NCBI GenBank assembly: GCA_039621445.1
Contig: CP154954.1
Span: 15,580,140 to 15,644,139 of the forward strand
Direction of reading: 5' to 3'
DNA: 64,000 nucleotides
Source of the DNA: Euglena gracilis
Lineage: Eukaryota
Shown here: positions 12,501-24,500 of the stretch, one piece after another
How the letters are laid out: the number at the start of each line of letters is the position of its first letter
How positions within the stretch are numbered: the first letter of the stretch is position 1
Notes under the pieces: generated by a model
The model's database searches: none
What the model saw: only the letters and a program-made list of their open reading frames with translations
What the model was told of the DNA's origin: nothing
Translations under genes and position numbers: made by a program

Positions 12501-15500
12501 TACAAAAAATTAAAAGTATTGCGCCAAAGCGCAATGTGTTTTTATTTTTGCAATGGAAAAAATGGGTGTGCCATGGCACAACTGAGCAATGGAGTCCCCT
12601 CGTTTCATTACTGGGCGCTTTGTGTTCATGCACACTGGGCCCCAGGAGCGCTGTGCCCTTGGACTGTAGAATTCCAAGTCGTTGTTATCGTCCTCTTGCC
12701 TGATTTTGAGGGGCGCCGATTTCAGGTCAAAATTTTCCTTCAGCACCTTTGGCATCAAAGGAAATATTTCTTGCGAGGTGCTGTGGTGGGGCGGGTCGAC
12801 CCTCCCCCCACCTCCCAGAGTTGGGGTTGACCCCCCACCAGACTTTCCCAAACAGCCCTGGCACTTTCGACCCCCACCCCCTTGAGTTTTGGGTTGTGCA
12901 CCAGCACACCCCCACCACAGCCCTGATAGTGCCTCTTTTCAGGGAACCCAAAACCAACCCTGGGGATGGAGTTGTTATGGAGAACCCATGGCCGAAGTGG
13001 AACCTTTTCCTCACCCCCAGATTGCCAAAAAGTCGCCCGAAGTCGTGGTATGCCGTAGTCCTGCTTCCGTGGCCATCGGGCTGGCCCGTCCATTCGCGCA
13101 AAAAAAAATGGGACTCCGGGCCGTTGGCGTCGAGCCGCCGCTGCCCGCAGCCTCCCACGGGAAGTACTTCAGCGACAGCGACGTGGACCTGCGTTACATC
13201 AACCCGCTGGTGAACCCGCCCAACGTCTCCGCCTACCGCCTGTGGACCTGCCTGCAGAGCGACGACACGCTCATCGCACAGGCCTGCCAGCTACTCTACG
13301 GTAGGTACCGGCCAGGGGAAGGGTCTGGAAGGGTTTTGCAGGCCTTTGAACACACAGCAACGTCATTAAGAAGGATCTTTTTGTGGATAAATCACCATCA
13401 CCTTTTAGCAGCCTAGCAGAGTCTAAAAAAATGTCAACTCTCCTGAATGAACACCATTTTGTCACTCCAGCACCTCGTGCCAGTAATTTCCCATATTTTT
13501 TCCCTTCAAGTTGTGTCAAAATACATATATTAAATATATATTTAATATTAATACACATTATAAATAGTACATAATATGTAACAATAACTGGGAGATAATA
13601 AATACGTATGAAATACTGGATATTTTCGGCTAAAACCTTTTAAGCAGCACAAAAATCATTATTTTCTCCCCCCTCTCCACCCGAGAAGAACTCGTTTTTG
13701 TCGTTACTAGTGTTTTATGTGTCTTTTTGTGTGGATCCACGTTGTTGTTCTGCCAAGGTCTCAGGCTTGCAGACACCCTTCTCTCCTGACCTCCCCTGTC
13801 CCCAGTCCTGGACGGCCATTCCTGAAATGAAGCCAGGGGCTGTTCTTATCCAGAACCATTTGCACCACCTTCTTTCTCCCTCTCATTCCTCTCGTTGTAT
13901 ATGAGCGATGTATGGAAAGCCCTACCACGTTTTTGAGGTTGGTGTTGCCCCCCCCCCCCCCTCGAGTAAAGGTGGTTCCCCAAGTCAAGGTCTCCTAAAT
14001 TTTCTCTTTCAAGCTTCAACGCAGGGCCACCTTGGGAACCGGCGGAGGATAACCACGATCCCGGTTCCATTCCTGGAATGAAAAATTTTTTTAGTCGCGA
14101 GCGACTGGACTTCAGTAATTTCAGTTTTCAAATCACCTCTGTTTGACCCTCAACTCCTTGCCAGGCCCGAATTATTTAGCCGCGAAGGGATCCAAACTGG
14201 GCAGGATTGCCCCCCTTCCAACTCTGTTCTTTCACCGAGGTGAGATTTTCGGTCAAAAAATTGATTTTTCGAAGATATCTCGAGAAAACGCACATTATTT
14301 CCGGAAGTGTCTCACTGATGAAATGCACCCCTGGAGGCCCTCTATCGCCCCCTGTTCACCGTTTTGGCCGCCGACACGCCTGGCCCGTGTTCTGGTGCGC
14401 TTTTGCGGCCCAAAACAGCCATTTTGAGGTGTGTTTTGGCCATTTTTTTTGGAAAAAAATAGATTTTTCCAAAATTTCCCGACAATGAAGCAAAATCAAA
14501 GAAAACGCCCGGAAAGCAAAGAGGAAGCCCTTGGAATGACCTATCCAACCATGGTTTACTTTTCTTCCAACTCTTTGTGTAGCCCGAGTTACGGCCATTT
14601 TTTTCGGCCAAGTCTGGCCAATTTCATGAGCTATTTTGGGCCGTTTTTGGGTAAAAAAAAAAACCGATGTTTTCAAAATATCTCAGAAATGAAGCAAAAA
14701 GGAAATGTGCGGAGGCCTAAATTGAAGCCCTGAAAATGCCCAATCCAACGGTACCCTGATTTCCTTACCCCGCCTAACGCCAGTTATGGCAGTCTGTTTT
14801 GTCTTGGCCGTTTTGAGCTTTTTCTTAGGTCAAAAAAAGTAAAAAAGGTCGAAATAATAGGAATTTTCTTTTGCTCGAAACCATATTTTTTTTTAAGCCT
14901 CCGGGACCTGGAAAAACTATTCTTGATTCCAAAAATAGCGAAATGTTTTCTTCCGGTGCATAGCGCCGGAAAATGAGCAAAGCAACCAGCGGCTTTTTTG
15001 AGCCAACCCAAATTTTCCACCCTATTGGTTTTCTCTGAAGGGTTCGACCCCTAAAATCCAGGACGGTCCATAAGGAAGAGGAAGGACCGCCCATTAAGGA
15101 CCGCCCTCGGGCCCCAGTTCTGGACGGCTGAACTGGGGCTTGAACGGGGTCAAAAATGAAAATCCGAAAAACACATTTTTTTGACAGTTTGGGTGGATGG
15201 GCGATGGTCCAAGGATGCCAAAAATGACTTTCTCTCCCCAAAGTCGGCCCGTTTTTGCCAAAATATGGCCGTTTTTTCAGTCGTTTTTCCCATGCATTTT
15301 CCATTGAATGTGCTGGGACGGGAAGTTTCATTCTCGGTTCAGGACCAGGCTGTCTTATAGCCGGGTGCCGACCCCACCCCGGGGGGTGCCTGCCTGGGCA
15401 GGCACTCCAAGGCATTTCAAATCCGACCCCCCCCCCCAGGGGGGGTAGGGCACTCGGCCAAAAGTGCCTAGCAGGCACTCCGGCACCAAAGGCTCCGGAA

Positions 15501-18500
15501 GGCTCAAAAAGGCCTATTTTCAAGGAAAATGGCCTTTTTTCTAAGGAAATTTCCTGGGCACAGGCCGGAATCCGACCCCCTGGGGGGGGGGTAGTGCCCG
15601 GGCAGTGCACTCAAGGGCACTCCGGACCACCTCCCCCCGGAGTTCGTAAAAAAACAGCCCCCCGCCCCTCGAGCTCCATAAGAACACCCCTGGCTGGGAC
15701 AAGAGGTTCTGTTGACTGGTCAGCGATATTGGGTGGCCACTGGCTACAGCTCTGGTGACGGGGCTGGCGATGGTTGACCTGGGTGTCGTCGAACACAGAG
15801 GAGGGAACTGAATTGGTTGGGATCCTGCCTTGGGGAAGCTGTTGTGTCAGCCTGAGAAGCGGGCGTCCCGTCAGTAACAGCCGTTTGGGAATACCCGTCA
15901 GACAGGTGGTATTTTATTAGGTGGAATCCTATTGGGTTTTATCGTATTAGGCGTCATTGAATGAGGGAGCATTGTATTGACAATGGTGCGGGGGTGTGGG
16001 GTGTGGAGGCAGTGGTTCGTCTCCAGCCCAGCAGTACCCTGCAGTGCACGGTGCTGATGCTGAAGAACCGGGCGTCGGTAATGGGAATCATTGATGCCAC
16101 TAACGCTCGAGTGGACCAATCCGTGTCGGACAAGAAGGGCGTCACAGCCGGGGAACTGAACGATTGTCTCCGGAATTGCATTTAGTTCAGGTTTGACCTC
16201 TTCCCCAAAAGGCGCCGGAAGTGCTTTTCCTTTACCCCGTGAACACTCCACGGCAGAACAACGCTTCAATATTTTTCAGGTGTGAGATCCTGACCTGCTG
16301 AACGAGTCAAAGGAACAGCCGAACTTCACTTGAATGTCATCCTCATCCATGCGAAGTACCATCAATGTCCAATGACACTGTCTTTCTTCGAACAAAGCGG
16401 GTGTTCCTGGACGGGAGGGGGGGACCAGACTAAGAGGGACTCAGAGGGACTAGAAAATCTTGGAAAAGCACTCCAAAAATACCGTTGTGTGGTTTTGGCA
16501 TCACACTGGTCATGTTTTTTTTTTGCCAGCTGGCATTTACGTAGTTACGCTGCCCAGCGGCCATGGCAAACGCCTGACGGCAACTGCTTAGTTTGTTTGG
16601 GTGGTTTTCTTTTCTGTTCTTTTTTTTTATCTTTGTGTCGAAAGCGGAACCCCCATGGACGGTGGCCACCCCGCCGTACACCCCCGGCCCACCATGGCTC
16701 GGCGGATGCGTGGGCTCCCCCCCCCCCCCGCAGCCCCCCGCCCCAGGTCGCCATCCTGGGGGGCGGTCAGCGCTGTGGCGGTCCTCCTGCCCCTTGGCGT
16801 GGGGCTGTGGCTGGGGACGCGGCTCCACGCGCTGGCGCGGGGGCCCAGGGGTCCGCCCACGCCTACGAGGGTGTGGCCCACCAGGCTTCTTTTCAACTCA
16901 GTAGACCCTCCCGGGGGGGGGGAGTCCAGGGCTGGACATCCCCGGATGCCAGGGGGGGGTCCCAGGCCAGAGTCCCAGGTATGGGTTACAGCACAAAGCA
17001 CATTTTTTTTTGGATATGCGCTCAGACGGCCTGATTTTGGGGGTCCCCTCCCCCCTCCCTTGCTGGGGTCGTTAAAAGAAGCGTGCCCACCCCGGGAGGC
17101 TGTCGCCGTGGGGAGGGAGGGGTGTCTGACCGGCTGACTTGTCCTGTGGGAAGGTTCACGACAGGGCCCCCTGTTATCACTCAGGTTTGAGCTTACGGGT
17201 TTGTCAGGCGGCAATTTTCAGCAAGGGGAGGGGAGAGTGTCGTCTGCAAACCTGTGAGCTCCAGGGAAATATCTTCCACCCGCTGTTCCCACCGACCACG
17301 ATGGTATTTGAGAATATTGATAGCATTTGCCATTGAAACGGCATTTTTTTTCCAGCTTCTGTGCAACAAAAAAGGCATTATCTCTTGGCCATTAATCACA
17401 TATTTCCAAGGAATGGGACTTGGGAATTATTATTCTGATCTGTGGCCTATTTGGCCTGTGACCTAGTAAAAAAGTATGCTTTCACATCTGTCACAGGCAA
17501 CCTCTGTCTTGGGCAACGTTTCCAGTTGTTTTTTTTTAAATTTATGTCATGGCCCCCTAGTTTAGGGGTGGGGTGTCTCAGGTTGAGGTGGCGCCCCCCC
17601 CCCAAATCAGAGTTCCTGACCCTTGACATCGGGAAATCCATTCACACCCAATCTCTGCCACCCTTGGGCCTGAGGACTGGCCAAGGGCTGGACCCGGGCT
17701 TGAATTGGGTCAAAATGAAAAAAAATAATGAAAAGAAGACACATTTTTGAATTTTTGGCTGGATTGTTGATGGCCCAAGGATGCCAGAATTTTTTTTTAC
17801 CCCCCCCGAAATTGGCCTGGTTTTGCCAAAATACGGCCGGTTTTCCCGGCCATTTTTCCCTTGTGGATTTTGCGTTGGATGCACAGGGACCGGTTTTTTT
17901 TTTTTGCTGAAGGACCGCCCCGCATAAAGCTGGTGCTGACTGGGCCCTGTTTTTTTTGCCACCCGCCATTGAGTATTTGCCCCCAAGTCCATCCCATCTG
18001 TGGCCCCGGCGTTAGTGGCCCCGGCACGCCAGGAACGCCCCCCACCCCCCCACCCCCATGCTGCCTCTCCCGCTGCGGCCGGGGCCCTGCCCTCTGATGG
18101 ACCGCATCGCCCAGCTGCAGTTCACAGCCACCGTCGCGAAACCCACCGTGTTCCGTCCACAGATTCACTCAACACCTGTGACCCCCACCCTTGGGGGGGG
18201 GGAGGGGTGTGGGGGTGATATTGGCCTGGCCGAGCCTGGCCTAGGGCCAGGCTGGAACTTTTTCCAGCGTTTTCGGCCGATGCTGCGTTTTGTGTGTATG
18301 TGGGTGGGTGTTGGGGAAGGGGGGGGGTGGGTTTTCGAAAAAAAAAGTGGGTGGGTGGGTTTTGGGTTCGGGAAGGAATGCCGCCACCCCTGTGGTTACT
18401 GAGTGATTCCCTGATTCCGGGAGCTACACCGCTTCCAGGCCTCCTTCACCCAGATGGAGCGCGGCCTGCGGGCGTTTGGGAACAGGGACTTTTCACACCA

Positions 18501-21500
18501 AGGTGCCCCAGCCCTCCTTGGCCAGGGTGCGGCAGCCCCCCCCCCCCGGGAAACTGTCACCCATGGGAACCTGTCACCAAAACCCCGCACTCGCTGACCT
18601 GTCACAAAAGGGACCTGTCACCTAGCTCTGTACTTGTTCACTTGTCAGGTGACAGTTTCCCGGGGGTGGTAGCCCGCGCAATTTCAGACCGGGCAGCCGA
18701 GCTTGGCGGCCGTCCACCCCCCCCCCCCAGCGCCGGCCAAGCAAGCTGAAACTCCACGGTGCAAAGCACCAAAAAACCTTGGGGGAAACGGCCCGAATCG
18801 GTCGAAAATGGCGTTGTTGAGGGATTTGCAGCATAGGTTCATTTATCATCTGGCTGACCCCACCCACCCCGGGGAGGGGATTTTCGAGAGTGGGTGGGTG
18901 GATTCGAACCACCCCCTCCCGAGTCTTGGGTCAGATTTTGGCCCAGACGAAGGCCGGAAAACGTTTTTCGGCGTTTTCCGCCGAATTTGCTTGTGTGGGA
19001 GGTTAGGTAGATGGGTGGTTGATCCCGGGGGGGGGGGAGTTCGTGGGTGGGTGGGTTTTCCAAAAAAAATGGGCGGGTGCGTGGGTTTGGGTCCGGGGAG
19101 AAGTGCCCCCCCCATTTTAAAAAGGTTCGGGACAAAACTGTGGCAAATACCATATGGAACAGATGTGGGCAATTTCTTGGTTCCAGCCCAGGTCCACCCA
19201 GCTGTCGGCTCCCCCCCAATCCACCCAAGGCTGTGGGGAATCTCCAAACCCCATGGGTGGTTGGGTGGGGGGGGGGGGCGGCCCCCCCCCCCCCCCCCGC
19301 AGGCCTTCCCCTATTTCTGGGGTGCCGTTTTTTAGGCCGCAGCATTTTTTTCTCGGCACCTTCTCTCTCCGAAGGAATTTTGAATTTTTCTTTTCGCAGT
19401 GCTGTGGTGTGTCAGGTAGGGGTCGCCCCCCCCCCCCCCACCACCAGCCCCCTCAGACCTGTCCGAAAAATCCCTGCATGGGAAGTTCGTGCCGCAGGCG
19501 GTGGTGAAAGTGCTGGGCAGCCTCCCGGCTGAACTGTGGGTTGGTTGAGTAGTTCTTTTTGTCTGGGTATTTCTACGCCTGGCGACGTGATTCAGATAGA
19601 ACTCCCTTTCAAAGCAACCAGCAAATAGATCCGTTTGTCTTTGCATTTTTTTCTCCGCAGGAAAGAAGGGCTTCGTGTCCCCATCCCCCTCTCCAACGTT
19701 GTCGCATGCTGCCATGCCCCTTGCTTGATTGTCTGTGATTTAAATGGAGGGAAGGAATCAGAAGCATCTGCATTACGATCTGGTGAGGTCAGTGTTGGCT
19801 GGAAGCGTGGTGGGGCAGACATTATGTATGTAATGTGGTTCACAAGGTATTTTGAGCCACAACAGTTTTTTTGGGTGTCCACAGTTGAACCACGAAATCT
19901 GAAAAGAAAATAAATACTTGTCCACAGGTGTACAGCACAAAAGGTGAGGGGGATTTTTATGTTTGTTTAACAATGCAGTGATCGCGTGGTTTCGGCATGC
20001 AGTAATGTTTTGCAATTTCATTTCCTTGCTTTTCCTCCATGGTTTGGCGTTTTTTTGGTTCTTTTGAGACGTTTGCATCCACCCGGGGACTGGTTTTGAT
20101 TGCTGGCAAAATGCAGGCAAACGATCAAATGTACCCCAACCAGGCCAGCATTTGTCTGGAAAGGAACAGGACGATTGGTGGTGAGAATCTTTGCTGCTTG
20201 TTGCTTGGTTCTTTTTCCCAAATGAAAGCGATGTTCAGCACCACAAACCATTGATGCCCTATGGAATGTTAACTGCGGAACGACAGCAATGGAAGCTACC
20301 ATTTCACAATTTTACAACGAACACTCGTACAAAATGACCGTTGCAGTTTATCTTGATCGTTTTTTTTCACCCACCGTTTTGTTTTATGTTATTTCTTCCT
20401 TTCTCAGTTTTCATTTGGTGTATCGGGTCAGCGGGAAATGGCCAATACAGTGGGATAGCACCAAAGCGGTGCCTGCTGCTGAGAAACTGACCATTATGTT
20501 CGCAGACATCGAGGGCTTCTCCACCATCTGTGAGAAGGAGACCCCCGCCACGCTGGTCTCCGTGTGCACAGAGTACTTCGAGGCCATGTGCAGCGCCTTG
20601 GGCCCCTTCTTGGCAGTGAGCCTCACTTCTTGGCGCCCAAGTCCCATTCCCAGTGGAGGGAGAGGCATGTGCGAACAAACACGTCTTGTTTTTTTTGCAT
20701 TTTTTGTGTTTTTTTGTTATTATTTTGGAAATCTGTGTGTTTCGCATTTTTTGTGTCCCCCACCTTTTTTCCCTGGCAACAAATGTTCCGAATTCTTAAT
20801 CACCTACCCGCCCCCCCCCCCTGTCGTACGACCACCCCTCATTATGACCACCCCCTGGTCACAGGTTGCAGGTCATGGGGGTGTTATGACCACCCCCTCC
20901 GGTCACAGGTTGCAGGTTGCGAAAATTTTAACACCACCTTACCTACGACCGCCCCCGCATTTACGACCACCCCCGGTCACAGGTTGCAGGTTATGGGGGT
21001 GTTATGACCCCCCTCGGTCACAGGTTGCAGGAACCCGGTCGGTCGTACGACAAGGGGGGGGGGGGCGGGTACATATCAAGACCAATTTCTTTAAATGCAC
21101 ATTTTTCTACATAATTTGGATTTTTTTTTGCTGTTTTTGATCATCCTTTTAAATTTTTTGAGAGGAAAATTGGCACAGTTGTCCAAAGCAGAACATATAA
21201 CCTCTCCAGCAGACATTGTGCGTCCCAGGCAGTTTCTTTAGAAGCACTTTTCATGTAATTGTCGTTTTGTGTGTGAGTGTTTATGTGTTTTTGTGTGTTT
21301 TTCTTTCCCCCATTTCTTTGTCCTTCGAGGGTCCTTGTTCCGTCCTCCTGTTATTCCCACTCCCACCGCCAGTATGGGGGGGGGGCAGTCGACCCCCCCC
21401 CCCACCACCCACAGGGTTTCGGGTATTTCTGTAGTTCCTTGGGAAGGGTTAGCGGGCACAGAGGGTGGAGGACATTTTCCCGGGGAGAACAGTTTCCCAG

Positions 21501-24500
21501 GGGGGATCGTTGGCAGCTCCTCCCGGAAAGCCGTGTGAAAATGCCTTCCCTGTCAACCTTTAAAAGAACCGTGACACCATGGTATGGAACCACAAAGAGC
21601 CCACCCTCCAGGGCTTTCTGTGTTTCCGGAGGCACCGATTCTTAGGTCAAAAAGTTCCTTCGGCGCCGAAGGATTTTTCTTTGCACGGGTGCGTAATTGG
21701 TGTGCATTATTATCTTAAAGACTAAATTTTTCAATTTTTTTTAGGGTTATTTAAGGCTTTTTTAAGCGTTTAAAATTTTTAAAGGCATCTTGGAGTTTTA
21801 AGAATTTTTCAGGTGTCTATTTTCCAAGGGCAGTCAAAGAGCAGAGCAAAGAGTCTGGGCATCGAACCAACGTTTGTTCAAGCTGAAAATCACAAAAGTT
21901 TTAAAAAGCACTCTTTTTAGGTTTTGGGTGGATGCACTATGTTCCACCAATGCGAGAGAACATTTTTTTCAAAGAGTTGGCTTGTGTTTGCCAAGATTTA
22001 GCAACTTTTTTTTTGCTCAAAACTTGACAAATTTTCCAAAATTATCTGTTTAAGGTTCTTCAAGGGGTTTAAAGGTTTTTTAAGACATTTTGGCCAAAAA
22101 AGTATTTTTTTATTTTTTTTTTAATTTTTCAAGCGCCTCAAAGAATTATACCTGGGGGTTCGACCCCCCCCCCCAGGTGAGGGGGTGGACCAGTTCCTAC
22201 CGTTCCTACAGTGCAGCCCTGCTCCTACCCTTGTACCCGCTGAACTGTCATATATTAATTTTGAAAGTTCTTTGTTGAAAACAGCAATTTCCCAAAATAA
22301 TTGCTTTCATTTTTATCCGGCTTCTGATCACAAATTTGTGAACCCCCGCAGTTTTGCTTTTTTTGTGTCGACCGGAGGGTCAAAAATTGTCAATGCCTTC
22401 CCTCTAAGGTAGGCCCCCGGGAAACTGTTCTCTGTTCCAATACTTGCAGACCTGTCCGTATCATACCATTGCTTCATACCTGTCCCACCCCACCCCGGGG
22501 GGTGACTGACTGGTTTTTTCAGAGTGACTAGCTGGTTTTTTGGCCAAGAGACCCCCCCCCCCCCCATGGGGTGGGGTTGGCCTGAACATGAAAAGTAGCT
22601 GGCCTGGCGCCGAAGGCGCCGGAAGTTTTTTGAGACTTTTTGGCAATATTGCCTTGCCAACGTGAGCGACATGAGCGCATTCAAGAGTGGTCGATTCCCC
22701 CGGGGGGGGGAGGGGTAAAGCGAGTGACTGGTTTTTTGGGAAAAAGTTACTGACTAGTTTTTTCAGGGTTGAAAGCCTTATACCCACCCCACACCCAACA
22801 TTGGAGGAAAATTTAGCCCCTCCCCCCTCCCCCCCTCGCATTCACGGAGAGCGTGAGGCTTCCCTCCTCCCAAATCATTTTGCGTCCCACTCCTGATCCT
22901 CACCCAATCCCAGAAAAGTCAAAAAGGGGGAAAGGGCAAGCGGGTGAGGTTCTGGTCGCCTTTCTTCTAAGTGACTTCCTCAGCACACCCCGCACATAAG
23001 CTCAGATGTTTCCTTTGCCATGTGTCCCAAGAATGTCTCTTTAGTTGCCAACAAAAGGAAAGACACGATAGACAAAAATCTGGGGGCATCCCTTCTCCCC
23101 CCGTTTTTTCTGGTACAGCCGTGCGGGGGGGTCAGCACAACGTGCAGCACAAAATTATCGGCGACATCAACACCGTAGTTCGCACCAGATGCTGCTTGGG
23201 GGGGCATTTCGCCGCTGCGAACATTTTTCTCCCCCCCACGTGCACCCACTGGAAAATCTTTGGGACCTTGCCCAAAAAAACGCAGATATTTTGCAGGCCA
23301 ACTCCCAGCACCTTGCGATCAGATATGGCGTATTACCTGGGCCCGCCTTTTGGGTACAAAACCAGCATGTTTGGCCCCTCCGCAGCCCCAACCCTGTCAA
23401 TTTTTTCCCTGTGGTCTAGGACAAACCCAACTTCCCAAGGGGGATATTCTTGCGAGGCTCCCCCCCCCTCAAGTTCCCCAGGCTGGAAAAGCCTTAGAAA
23501 TATTAAAAAAATACCACAGTGCAGATACGATGGAGTGCGGGGTCATCCAATGCAGTGGGGGGCTGGCAGTACCTTCTGTGATTGTGACGCCTGGAAGCAG
23601 GGCAGGGTAGGGTGGATAGATTTGTGTGAAGATTGGGCAGGTCCCAATGGGTCAGTTGGGGCAAAATTGGGGCAAAGGTTTTCCCTCATTTCAGAATCAA
23701 CTGCCATTCCCCCCCCTCCCCCCCGCCAGAGCGCATTCAAGTTCTGGCAGCCCCACACAGTTGCCCACGCAGATATTTTGGCAGGGGCCAACTCCCTGTG
23801 AGGCCAACCTTGCGAGTCCGGACCTGGGGGGGTGTCAGGATATGGTAATTGGACGGCGGTGCCCTGCCTTGCTGTGGGGTCAGAGCAAACCAGCATGATG
23901 GGGATTTGGCAGGGTCCCCGGTACCGGCCAACCTGTCAGGTGACAGTTTCCCTGTGGGGGGGGGGGGGGCTAGGAACAAACCCAGAGGACAGCTTCCCAG
24001 GGTGGATAGCTAGTTCTAAGAGCTGGCTATTCCCCAAATCTCAATGTATTATTCAACGAAAACCCAGCCGAAAGGCTGGAAAGATAAGCAACTCTAAAAT
24101 ATTAAAAAAAAACAGTGCTACCAGATACGATGGAGTGCGGGGTCATCCAATGCAGTGGGGGCTGGCAGTCATTGCGCTTACCTTCTGTGATTCTGACTGC
24201 TGGAAAAGCCGGCCGGAAGCATGGCATCCGGGTTCAGGGTTAGCGGTCGGGATAGATTTGTGTGAAGATTGGGCAGGTCCCAATGGGTCAGTTGGGGCAA
24301 AATTGGGGCGGTTTTCCACTCAACCCCCATATTTCATCCTACCCCCCCCCCCCCCAACCCTGACCCGCCCAAAATTCAAACTCCATGTTTCTGGAAGGGG
24401 AAGCAGTGCCCTCCCCCACACAGTTGCCCCACCGCGGGGCTGCGCCATGGCGATGACTGGAACACCCCCACCTCAGAGTGGGCCACGGACCCCCCCCCCC

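Noticed and set aside
13300-13306. Strong-looking GTAGGT donor
   Set aside because: The CAG/CTG register at 13310/13803 has a longer stem and gives GRYQSW; joining this GT to the AG at 13804-13805 breaks the frame.
21200-21230. Possible micro-exon IVR filling the missing cyclase segment
   Set aside because: Weak pairing, and the frame stops within a few codons without the expected motif.
21810-21826. gtgtctatttt resembling part of the Euglena spliced leader
   Set aside because: Only a short partial match, with no SL RNA gene context.
22971-23801. 276-aa ORF as an independent gene
   Set aside because: Lies in the scrambled block; no coherent domain apart from the KIIGD trace.
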